64,000 nt of DNA, from the NCBI GenBank assembly GCA_965649765.1, contig OZ287749.1, positions 24,180,001 through 24,244,000 of the forward strand. The letters are read 5' to 3'. Each line of letters opens with the position of its first letter. Positions within the stretch are counted from its first letter, which is position 1. The stretch comes from Bispira polyomma (Eukaryota). The notes under the pieces were generated by a model that ran no database searches, was not told where the DNA came from, and saw nothing but the letters and a program-made list of their open reading frames with translations. Below, piece after piece: positions 27,701 to 40,300 of the stretch. Made by a program: the position numbers and the translations under genes.

Positions 27701-30700
27701 AGATCTGTAAGAGTTAAAGCCTCACCTGTAGGAGGAGATCTGTAAGAGTTAAAGCCTCACCTGTAGGAGGAGATCTGTAAGAGTTAAAGCCTCACCTGTA
27801 GGAGGAGATCTGTAAGAGTTAAAGCCTCACCTGTAGGAGGAGATGTGTAAGAGTTAAAGCCTCACCTGTAGGAGGAGATCTGTAAGAGTTAAAGCCTCAC
27901 CTGTAGGAGGAGATGTGTAAGAGTTAAAGCCTCACCTGTAGGAGGAGATCTGTAAGAGTTAAAGCCTCACCTGTAGGAGGAGATCTGTAAGAGTTAAAGC
28001 CTCACCTGTAGGAGGAGATGTGAAGGAGTTTAAGTCTCACCTGTAGGAGGAGATGTGAAGGGGTTAAAGCCTCACCTGTAGGAGGAGATCTGTAAGAGTT
28101 AAAGCCTCACCTGTAGGAGGAGATGTGAAGGGGTTAAAGCCTCACCTGTAGGAGGAGATCTGTAAGAGTTAAAGCCTCACCTGTAGGAGGAGATCTGTAA
28201 GAGTGAAAGCCTCACCTGTAGGAGGAGATCTGTAAGAGTTAAAGCCTGACCTGTAGGAGGAGATCTGTAAGAGTTAAAGCCTCACCTGTAGGAGGAGATC
28301 TGTAAGAGTTAAAGCCTCACCTGTAGGAGGAGATCTGTAAGAGTTAAAGCCTCACCTGTAGGAGGAGATCTGTAAGAGTTAAAGCCTCACCTGTAGGAGG
28401 AGATGTGTAAGAGTTAAAGCCTCACCTGTAGGAGGAGATCTGTAAGAGTTAAAGCCTCACCTGTAGGAGGAGATGTGTAAGAGTTAAAGCCTCACCTGTA
28501 GGAGGAGATCTGTAAGAGTTAAAGCCTCACCTGTAGGAGGAGATCTGTAAGAGTTAAAGCCTCACCTGTAGGAGGAGATCTGTAAGAGTTAAAGCCTCAC
28601 CTGTAGGAGGAGATGTGAAGGAGTTTAAGTCTCACCTGTAGGAGGAGATGTGAAGGGGTTAAAGCCTCACCTGTAGGAGGAGATCTGTAAGAGTTAAAGC
28701 CTCACCTGTAGGAGGAGATGTGAAGGAGTTAAAGTCTCACCTTCAGGAGAAGATGTGAAGAGTTAAAGCCTCACCTGTAGGAGGAGATCTGTAAGAGTTA
28801 AAGCCTCACCTGTAGGAGGAGATCTGTAAGAGTTAAAGCCTCACCTTTAGGAGAAGATGTGAAGAAGTTAAAATGAGTTAAAGCCTCACCTGTAGGAGAA
28901 GACGTGAAGGAGTTAAAGCCTCACCTTTAGGAGGAGATGTGTAAGAGTTAAAGCCTCACCTGTAGGAGGAGATGTGTAAGAGTTACAGCCTCACCTGTAG
29001 GAGGAGATCTGTAAGCATTTAAAGCCTCACCTGTAGGAGGAGATGTGTAAGAGTTAAAGCCTCACCTGTTTTAGTATGAATCAGCTGTGTAAGAGTTAAA
29101 TCCTCACATGTAAAACTTGAGTCAGAGTTAAAACCTCACCTGTTGGGAGTAGATGTGTTTCACAATGAAACACCTGTGTAAGAGAGTTACAGCCTCACCT
29201 TTAGGAGGAGATGTGTCTCAAAGACGTTGAGGAACCTGCCATAGTAGAGGAGGCTGGAGTTACTCCTGGAGCTGGTCAGGACATAGATGATGTCATAGAT
29301 CTTACTGAACATCTGCAGCATTCTGGATCTGTCTGGGGTCTGGATGGGAACTCTAAGGATATCCACCATGAGGTCAGCCAACTGATGGCAGAAGAAAGAT
29401 ACTTCTTATTACAGTAGAAACTGTATTATCAGAATGTCTAATATTATCTAAATATTTGATCTTATGAACTCACATTCACTCACCCCAGAGTTGTGTTGTA
29501 GAAATAAAGTTTAAGGGCGAGTACTTTTTTGGCGAATAAAGGACTGACTTACAGCAGAATAATGGATGAGGGTCGGTAGGCTGACAACAGTATATTTTAA
29601 TATCTACTGACGGAACTATTTACACGTGATCTATTCTCCCAGATACAGTACGGTTACGAATTGCGCACTGACGGCTTTTGTATTCAATGCGCACTTCCGG
29701 TCTTTCTAATTTATACTAAAATGACTCTTTTATTTTACGAATCTTCTATTATCTGAACAAAATCGTGCTTTCCAAATGTGTTTGGTTAATAGAAGTTTTA
29801 CTGCAATTAACCATAGAATTTAGGTGTTATTTCTTACAGAAATCAGTGTAGTTAAAGTCATTGTTTTTTTTCATATTTTTTTTATTTTATTACAAAACTC
29901 ACATGCTTGTACACATGAGTCAATATGTGGAAAAGGAATATTGCATTTCTACCATATTCAAAGTACATTTTTACTCATAATCCATGAGTTAAAAGGCCGA
30001 AATTAAGAAATTGGCTACCAAAAATGATTTGCATATTTTTATAAATATATGTCTTTAGTTTATGGAAATGCATGGAAATGCATAATTGACTCACGGTGAA
30101 AAAAAGGATGTTCTGTCATGTCACTTGTCAGCTTTTTTAACGATTTTCATAAAATTTGAATTTTTAGTTCCAATTTTTGGTCTGGCTCATGGACTCTCAG
30201 TGTTTTAAATTAGGAGAAGAAAAAGTAAAGCATGCTGACCAATGGAAGCAGAGTAGTATACCAACATATTTCAGTCTAAATAAAGATTTTGAACATAGGT
30301 AGTATTTTTTTTGGACACACTTTGGTTAAATTTGGTGTACTACATATTCTCGGAGCCGGTTGCCATTACAGATGTGTATATCACTTAACTGGCCTTATGA
30401 CCTTACACAGTAAAAGGACATGAAAGAATACTCTCTTATGCCCCATTCACATATTGGTGGTATGGTAGGAAGTACCAGAAGGTACTAGAAGGTATTGTCT
30501 TTCGGCCTATTAAATCGGCTGTTTCATCTAATCTAATCTAGTCATACTTTTATAGCATCTAATCTTAGTACAACGAATTCTAAGGTACAAATTCGTTGTA
30601 GAAAGATTAAGCTCTATAAAAGTCATTCTGTTGTTTCTTACAGAAATCAGTGTAGTTAAAGTAATTTTTTTTCTTATTTTTTATATTTTTATTACAAAAT

Positions 30701-33700
30701 TCATATATGTTCGTACACATGAGTCAATATGTGGAAAAAGAGAATATTGCATCTCCACCATATTCGAAGTACCTAGGGAAAAATATCTAGGGAAAATATT
30801 CCCTCTTATATGGTCCAGATAAGTTTCACAGATGGAAACAGATGATTACTGACACTGAAGAGTTAAGTAGGAGTTTCACCTGCCATTGTTTTCAGCCTTA
30901 TCCGAATCAGCACCCGTACCCGTGGTTTGTACTTACACCTATCCTTACTCTCATCCGTTTTGGGGATAGTTTTCATTAGAATGGTGGCTGTTAAAGCTAC
31001 ACATGACGTAAATATGATGTAAATATCACTATAACTGCACCCGCACCCGTGAAAAGAAGGGTTAGAACCCTTCCAATACTATCCTAGTGTGCACACCACA
31101 TTACCTGGGTTTGTCTCAAGGTATGCTGTCTGGCCTTCACAATCTCCCCACCTAGATCTGCAGAGATGAAGTCCTTGAGCTGCTCAAATGTCTGTAGGTG
31201 TGAAACAGGGAAAAAAAGACATAGGTGAACCAGAAAAGCACCAAGCAGAACACATACCTCTGCTAAGGTGACACATCGCCATTACCAGACTTGAATATGA
31301 TCATAATATATGTGCTTTAGATATATCCACCTGAGTGGAGATTAAGCACTATAAAAGTTTAGATTAGATCAGATTAGGTCACCAAAATCTGAAACAAATT
31401 CCAACAGCCTTTTTAAAAATTATTACATATCAAAATTCTTCCTTGGCACATGGCTCAACTCTTCATCAAATTTGATGTAAATTGATTTTAAATTAGTCGT
31501 TTTTTGTGTGGTGTCAAAGAAACAAACCAACCAATCAACGGAAAGAGTTGAAAACATAATCTCCTTGTTACAGGTAAAATATAAACAAACTTTAGTAAAA
31601 TGTTTGGTCAATGGTTATCGATATAAAGACAGCTCTAGAGGTGGTCTCTTATGCATGTTTTACAGATACTATGTGTATATGCTGTAAAACAGGATGTCAT
31701 TGACTTAACCAATTACTATAAGGGCATTCATAATACCGGTCAGGTCATGATACCTTCCGTTGTCGTTTTTAAGTACTAAAAAACCACGGAAATTTTAAAT
31801 GCCAACTGATTTAACTTACAGAATATCAATTAGACTACAGAAAAATGTAACTTTTGTCAAATATATCCATAATTTATGTCCATAAATATGCATTGACCAG
31901 TATTATGGCCTTGATCCATATTATAAACGTCTGTGTAGCATATTTATCTTCTTGCTGCAAGCGAAAGACTGGTTTTATGAGAATGTAATTTTTGGTATAA
32001 TTGAATAAAACACTGCATATCGAAAAACAGTAATACTTTGATAATATATTTGAAAAAAATAATATAAAAATAATGTATTACCTCATTTATTGTAATGAGG
32101 TCCTTTGCTGAAATGGCCATGTCATGCTGTTTCTGTAACAAAATAGTTCAATTATAGAAAGCATACAGAGTGTACTTATCACTTTATAACCTTTACAAGC
32201 TTTACCCACACTCAGGGTCATTATATATAAATATTCAATGAGGGAAGGTTAGTCTATTTTGTAAAATTTACAATTTAAAGTTAGTTTGATTTACAATCCC
32301 GTTCACCGTTCACTAAAAGTCTCAGTAAAGTCTCTGTCATCTAATTTATAAATGTTGCATTCTCCAAGTTGTTGGCCACTCAATGTACAGTAGATTCTGT
32401 GCAAGTCAAATGAATAATATTCACAGGATATAATGGTAGTTATGGCTTACTTTTACCTATACTCATAATTTGTGACTGGTATTATTGAATATTAGTACCC
32501 AAAAATGGTTCAAGTTACAGACAATCTACTCTATAAGGTGTGGTCTTTATTGGTATTCAGAGTAACATTATCTAAAACTTGTCAACATTAAAATCATAAA
32601 ACATTTAAAATCATCATTTAAAATCAACATTTAAAATCACGCATACATGCAACAAGGAACCTCATGGCTAAAAAGTGAAAAAAATTCTTAATCCGACCCT
32701 AAATTCACTTGGATCTCATCCATAATTTAATGGATTATTCTTTGGCCCATGCTCCATTATCTCACATGTAAATCGGTTCAGTAGGTTTTGTGTAATTTTG
32801 GTGACAAACAAAAAAACAAAAGAATAACCTCTAAAGGTAATTGTTATTATATAGATTTGCCAAATTTCACATTCTTTGAAATATATATTGGTGATATAAA
32901 AATTTATCCAGTAAAAAATCACATATTTATATTCTCATTTTGTTATATCATTATAGATTTGCCAAATTTCACCTTATTTGAAATATATATATTGGTGATA
33001 TAAAGATTTATCCAGTAAAAAAATCACATAATATTTATATTCTCATTTTGTTATACATATACTGTCAAAGTTTTGCTTTTATGAACCCAATTTCACTCTC
33101 CCACATTTACTTTTATTTGGTTATTTTTGAACAAGTTTAGTTTATGAACATTATTGTTGTTATCCCACTATGTCCGTATAATAGAGGTTCCACTGTGTCT
33201 TACTGTAACCCTTTGACCCTAGTTTGTCGACTAGCAGTCAACGGCATTTGTTACTGCCAAGACCTATTTGTGTCGGCAAGCAGTAGATACCCCAAAAATA
33301 TGATTTTATTTTCCTCCAGTTCCTCGCAATAGCAAATTGTTAGTACATCAGACTTCCCAGATTATAAAAACTATACGCGAGACTGTTATAGAATGCCGGA
33401 AGTAGCCTGTGTTATAGTGACTCGAGGTCTCTGTAACCTATTACAGAAAACTTTTCTTCAGTTACTTTTTGTATGGTATTATGGATTTTTAATGCCCCTA
33501 TTGATGCGAGGTATCTTCTGAAGTGCAACAACAGAATCAGTTAACCAATAGAGAAGTCTAAAAACATAGACAAGGTCATAAGGAAGTAATTGATGTTGTA
33601 CCAGGAGGTAAGTAAGAGGGGGTGGGGTGGGGGTGGGGGTGGGGGTAGACGATGTTGAAGAGATGGGTGTTAGGCTTTTTTTTAAAACCAAAAATTGTTT

Positions 33701-34310
33701 CGAGTGATCTAAGCTCAACAGGAACACTATTCCATCACGTAGGGGCAGCAATATAGAAAGCTCTAGATCCAGCTTTCTTGTTAGGTTTAACAGAGGAATT
33801 AAACAGTTCCAGTTTCTGGTGATATGTTTCTCTTAAGGCACAAAGAGCTAGGTTTTGGTCCTCATTCTTACCTTCCTGAGAATCCCTCTCACAAATGGAA
33901 ACAGTCCAGTGATGTAGTTGTAGTCATCAATTTGTGAGGTTTCCACCGGCCTCAGCACAAAAGCATCTGGGTACAGCCTCTCAGAACTCACCTTCAGCTG
34001 TCAGTAAGACATACATTAACCTTCAGTTTAAAATAATTGCATTTGTATATTAGAGAGAGGAAACAAACCATGTAAACTGTTAATACTTGACAAATCCAAG
34101 TATATTGTGCTTGGACTTCGCGATGTGGTGTTGATTACACTGTCAAAAACCCTAAATGAAAACTATTCACTAATTGAAATATGCTTGTACTTGACAAATA
34201 CAGGCATATTGACACTGCTTGAACTTCGCAATTTTGTGTTGATCACACTGTCAAAAACACTAAAATAAAAACTATACAATAATTGAAATATATATAACTG
34301 AGGTTCAGGT

Positions 34311-34355
<45 letters not shown>

Positions 34356-37300
34356 CATATTAGGGTTAAATCTTAATCTATGGCCTCTTTTCCATACATG
34401 TGTCAAACGCCATGCGTATACGTCATACATTCATGTCAAATGTTTTTCCTACTACCTATTTCTTCAGACTATTTCCAAGCATCTGTGGACGTGATGCACA
34501 TCCAGAAGTGATTCTTAATGGATACGTATGAAATAGTTCCTTCTGTGCAATACAGGTGGGGGTTGTTTAGTATCAAAATGATATGCAATTGATGTCCAGG
34601 CATCCTTTGTGGTGCACATCCTATTGTAAAGATTAACAGTAGGCCAAGAGAAGGAAAAGGTTTCAAAGAGTCCAGTTTCAAGGCAGTTGAAATCTTCCGT
34701 TAAGTGAAAATCCTGTTTAAGTAGAGGTATTTGTCATTGTTCCTTTGGGTGTTCAACTAGGCTTCAGCTGTAATGACATTTTTGTATCATTTATATCCAG
34801 CTTTAAAAGAAACACCAAATATATAGAGGGGTGGACAGCTTAGCGAATAGTGGACAGCTTAGCAGACAGTAACTTAAAATGCACACAGTTTATCCATTTA
34901 ACAAGTAATCTGGCGCGTTTTGAATGCAAAGTCTGTATTTACAATGAAAATAGTGGGTCAAGTACTTTGTATTTTACAGAAGGCTTTTTAAATACAACAA
35001 ATTTTAAATTTTAAGTTACTGTCTGCTATCGCTGTCCCGTCCACTAAGCTGTACACCCCTGTACCATTAAACTTGCTGGATTTAAATTATGACAAGGAAA
35101 ATTGTTCCTCACAACTTCCTATTCATGTCGTAGCTTGATGTGTGACCGTGCTAAAAAGACTTGGAGCCAGTCAGATTTGTGTAACCTAGACAATAATCAA
35201 CCCCGGGGCCACTGAGATTAATAATCTCAGTTGGCAAACTGTCATCGTCTGGTGTTACTTGGCGGATCGATGACATCATTCTTAGACTATTGTTACCCCT
35301 CTTGCCTATGACATCACAGATAAGAAATATTATTAAGGTGATAAGAAACAGTGCAATGTGTGTTGTGTATGTTAATGACACCGTTTCGCCGAAGAGGCTC
35401 ATCAGATGCTGATCTGGGTTAAGGTTAAAATGGTGAGACTCGGATGTAAGGTCTATGTCTTGAGATCAACAGGGAGTTGTTAAATGAGATTTGATTAGCG
35501 GGCCTTATGTAAAATAATTACATGATGTGGGTATTCTCCACCTGTACCTGGTGTGGGTTTACCTGGGTGCACAGTGAGTGTTTAGTAGTCTTTAGGGTGG
35601 GATGAAATTGGTGGGTGGCGGTCTCACAAGGTTATCTGGGTCTAGGTTAACAACGGAAATAATTCCTTGTGTGGGGAATTGGGACGACTGAGGTGTATCC
35701 CGGACCATGTAAAAAAAAACTTGTTGGATTGTGCACTTGTATAAAAACTGACCTACTTTCAATAGCTGTCCCTTGTCCCATTCAATGCCTTCTAATGAGT
35801 CACTGTCTGTAGTTGTCAAATGTTTAGTGTACGCAAATTCTAAAATGACATAAATAGAGCATTCAGTAGAGTGCAAACCTACACCAAGGGGGGACTCAAT
35901 TGAATGGGTGTGTGCTTCCCTTAGTTATATACCTAGACCCCTCAAATTCGGCATTTTAATAACATATTAAAAAGTAGATGAATAATGTATATTTCACTAA
36001 AGTACCCATTTCTTAGCAGTTTCTTAAGTCAAAGTTTGGTCAAAATTGGTAAGTACTACGTAGGTTTTTGAGTAATCTTGCAGGAATGGTTTGAATAAAA
36101 CTTAATAAGTTAACATTTTGTCTGAACGAATTTAATTGGCTTAAAATATATTGTTTCAAAGTATCTGATTGGTTAAGACTGAGACGCTTGGAGAATGTTT
36201 GTGAATATGGCTTCAAACATCTATGAATATTAGAACTGTAACAACCATTCCAGCATCCTTACCTGCTGCACTTTGTACCCATGCCTCAGTGGTTTGATGA
36301 TTCATCCTGATTGTGTCATTGAAATGCACGTGTTTTGTTCGTGGATCATGCAGCAAAGGAAAGAACTGAAACAAAGTGTCCTGGCTCGCTTCAGTCACTA
36401 AACTGGCCACCCCTTGGTCATCAAAGGTCAGAAAGTGCTTACTGCTTAAGTGCATCAGGTGGAACTTTGTGTCCCACTTGATCAGTGTTCCTGCAATACG
36501 TGAATGTCAGGGTGGTTACGTTACAATTACAGTGAAACATGTACAGAGAGTTTATTTATTTAAGTGCCAGCTGCACAAATGACAACATCACATTACAATA
36601 ATAAAAATATAACTATTTCACACAGTAAACATTACTTTAATAAACATGTAATATTCTGTTATAACTAATCTTTTAGTATTATAAACTGGGCCGGTGAATA
36701 TAAAGTGATTTTCATCTTTAATTCTATTATTACAAAATTTACATGTCCTATCCTCATATGACACCCCTTGCCAAGGCCCTACCCCAACTTGAAGTGGCAA
36801 AGTTCCACATCTCATTGTGGCAAGAATTTGTCTATCTATTGTATTTTTAACTTCATATAAGTATGGTTCTAATTTCTAATGTGCAAAAAGACCACTAAAG
36901 GGAACCCTAAAACCTAGTCTTTATCGACAGGTGGTCTTTATATAGAGGTGGATATTATTAAACATTAGTCTGGGGAAATGAAAGTGTGGTTTTTATACAG
37001 AGGTGGTCTCTCTATATAGAGGTGGTCTCTTAAGCAGGTTTGACTGTATAAATAATAATTATGTTAATAAAACATATGAATCCTGGTTAGAGATTTAAAA
37101 CAAAATATACCTCTACCTCCGAGGCATTTCCTGTTAATAGGATAATATTAAGGAAATCCTTACATATCTAGTTTATATAGATTTTAATGTCATTGAGTTG
37201 TGGGTATTAAAAGAGAATTAAATACAGGAAACCCTCCAAGTATATCCCACACTATTGTAATTGTCCATCCCTAACTTTAAGTAAATCAGTCAAAATTTTA

Positions 37301-40300
37301 AACAGAACTCATCTCCAACTTCTATTTACATCTGTGTCAAAAGATCATGAGCTTTTACACTGTGAGTTTAAAGTAATCAGCTAAATATTGAGCGATAAGG
37401 ATCTCCAACTTTTATAAAAATCTTTGTTAAAAGCCCATGAGGTTTACATTGATATGTTATAGTTTAAGGTAATCAGCTAAATTTTGAGTACATCGTGGTC
37501 CGACAAAGGTTTGTTTTCAAAAACAAGTGGGGACACGCAAGTCACCCTCATGGGGAATTTTACTCATTTGTCTCCTTCCACGGCGGCCATATTGGATTTT
37601 GTCAAAATTCGAAAATACATGTTTTGGTCACGCTAAACATGTTAGCAATTCGCCCCAAAGGATCCAAGCTGCTCGTACCCCAGGACGGACAGACGCACGG
37701 ATTGATGGAGGATATCTTATATCCCCTGTATTTCTTTTGAAATCACTGGGAGGCAACAATATACTTGCTATAGTAGGGCATTGTAGAAGCCAGTGAGAAC
37801 ATCTACTAGTACTTGGTTTGTTTGCAGAATGCTAATACACAAATGACTGCAATTTATCATAGGATAAGGAAGTTAGGCAAACAATTAAAGAAAAAAGAAT
37901 GTATTTCCAATTTAACCTGTTTAAAGATGTATAAATATATGAGTTGTGGGTATTTTTCACATACGTGTGAATGCATAGATTTAAACCAATAGGACTCTTA
38001 TAATAATTACAGTATATGGTATAAAGCGAATGTCTTTACCTGATATGACAGAAGTTTCCACAATAATCTGCCAAAATGTGTTAGTATTTCTTGGTGGATA
38101 AAATGTCTTAGGATCCCGTTGGTTGATTGCCCGTATTCTCAAATGAGCTAAAAGCAGACACCAGAAAAAAGTGCTGTAAAACTAATTAGATATTTGTATA
38201 TACCTTGTCTTGTCTAAGTCTTGTCTATCAACTACAAAACACCACTATTTATTAATTTTTATTTGAATTTGACTGACATTGTAAACATATGAAGTCCATT
38301 ATTCAAATTCTGTACGGTGTCACATTTTTTACACAAAATACCAAATGAATATCAAAAAAGGCAACAATAAATGTCATATATGTACGGAAGCCTGTACAGG
38401 TCATACTTTAAGGAAAAAAAATCTTGTAATTACAAGATAGGGTGATCTTGTAAATATGGGAAACACATATCTTGTAATTACTAGAGAATTTTTGGGCTTC
38501 AAAGTATGATCTGTAGAGGCTTCTGTAGATTTGAGGAAGCCTTATTTATACAGGTTATACCAAAAAAATAAAAATTACAAAATAGTGCTTTCTTGTAATT
38601 TCAACATAAGGTTATCTCTTAATTACAAGATATATGTTCTGAGAGAGCGCTATTTTAACATTACAAGATAGGCCTATGTTGAAATTACAAGATATATCTC
38701 ATAATTACAAGATAAGCCCTTCCTGTAAATTTAACGTATATCTCGTAATTACGAGATAGCACTATCTCGTAATTACGAGATAACGTTATGTTGAAATTAC
38801 AAGATAGTAGGATGTTGCAATAACAAGATAGCACTATCTGTAATTACAAGATAATTTTTTTTTGTATGACCTGTATAAGCTTCCGTACAGTTAGAAAGGA
38901 ATTTGAATTGGACTTATTTGCAATATATTGGTAACTGTAAACTGCATTCTGACCCCTTGCTTAAAAATATTACCATTTTCTTTGAGTTCTCCACCAAAAC
39001 TTGCCTCTGCATTCATGTAGGCCTCCAGGGATTTGTGGAATATCTGAATCACTGATCCTCCCTACACAAAATACATATATATATATATATATAGGCTTTA
39101 CATTGAATTGATTTAACTTTATTTTATACTTCTATATTCAGGGGGCTCGGTTGTGTAGTGGTTAACACACTTGCCTCCCATCTCTGAGGTCATGGGTTCG
39201 AATTTAGGCCCTGATTTTATGAGGGACAGTTTCTGGACGATATTAAGTGGTTTAAAGTGTTGCAGAATCTTGACAAATTAGTAGGCACTGCTTCCCCCCA
39301 CCAGTACAAGTGCCTATTGTAATATGACCTTTTCGTAGAATGTGTTGGAACTGACATTAAACCCAAATCAAAATCAAATGCTTCCATATTCTGAACATGT
39401 TTAAAGAACAAGAATTTGCTTGGATGAGACAAGGTCCAACAAATAGAAAAGCCAATTTAATATAGAGCAACAACAGGTACATGTTAATTTCGGAGAGTGT
39501 TTTTCAAATGTCTAATATTTGGATAATAGACATTTAGATGATAGAGGTTCTACTGTATTCTTTAAAGTCAAAGTGATTTTTTAACCCCCAGGTTGTCGAC
39601 TAACAGGTTACTTCCAGAACCTGTGTCTGTCGACAAAGAGTCAACACCCCAAAAATACTATTTTATTTTCCTTCAGTTCCTCGCAATAGGAAATTGTTAA
39701 TGCAGCAGACTTCCATATTATATAAATTATACGTAATGGATTTATTGAATGCCGGAAGTAGTCTGTGGTGTGTGTTTTAGTCACTCCAGCTATCTGTAAC
39801 CTATTATCAAATTTTTTTCTATAGTTCCAGGCTTAGGGTCGCATCTCTCATATTATTCCACAAGGTTTTTTGAGTCTGCTGTTTTGGATAATTCCTTTTG
39901 TATATGGAAATAACCAATACTGGTCTTTGTAGTCTTCTGTAGTCTACTGGTTAAGGCAGTCTAATCTCTGGAGGTCAGGCGGTCACTTGTTAAATTTCTG
40001 GTAAAGTCTTAGTGGTCATTAACGTGAAAAATGTGAGCCCACAATTGCCTAATGATGTTGACCAATGCTATATCGTAGTGACTGTATAGATCATCTTGGA
40101 CAACAAGAGCCTTAAAAGACGTCATCAATATGGCACTATATAGATTCTTCAAATTACTATGTACTTGTCACCACATTTGAATATTAAAAGGAATGAAATT
40201 TTTAAATATATACTCACTGAAATATGAACGCATTGGATTAGCACTGAGTATGATTTTGATCATTTAAGTTGTCTTTCTGAGGTCTGTCATAATTAACAGG

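Noticed and set aside
25295-29216. CRISPR-like appearance of a 35-bp repeat
   Set aside because: Units are head-to-tail with no unique spacers, there are no cas genes, and the context is a eukaryotic intron.
29211-29417. Plausible-looking 68-aa plus-strand ORF
   Set aside because: Antisense of ITPR-like exon 15.
39141-39215. tRNA-like A/B boxes (also near 5750-5815 and 40600-40688)
   Set aside because: These are SINE heads followed by SINE bodies; no complete cloverleaf is evident.
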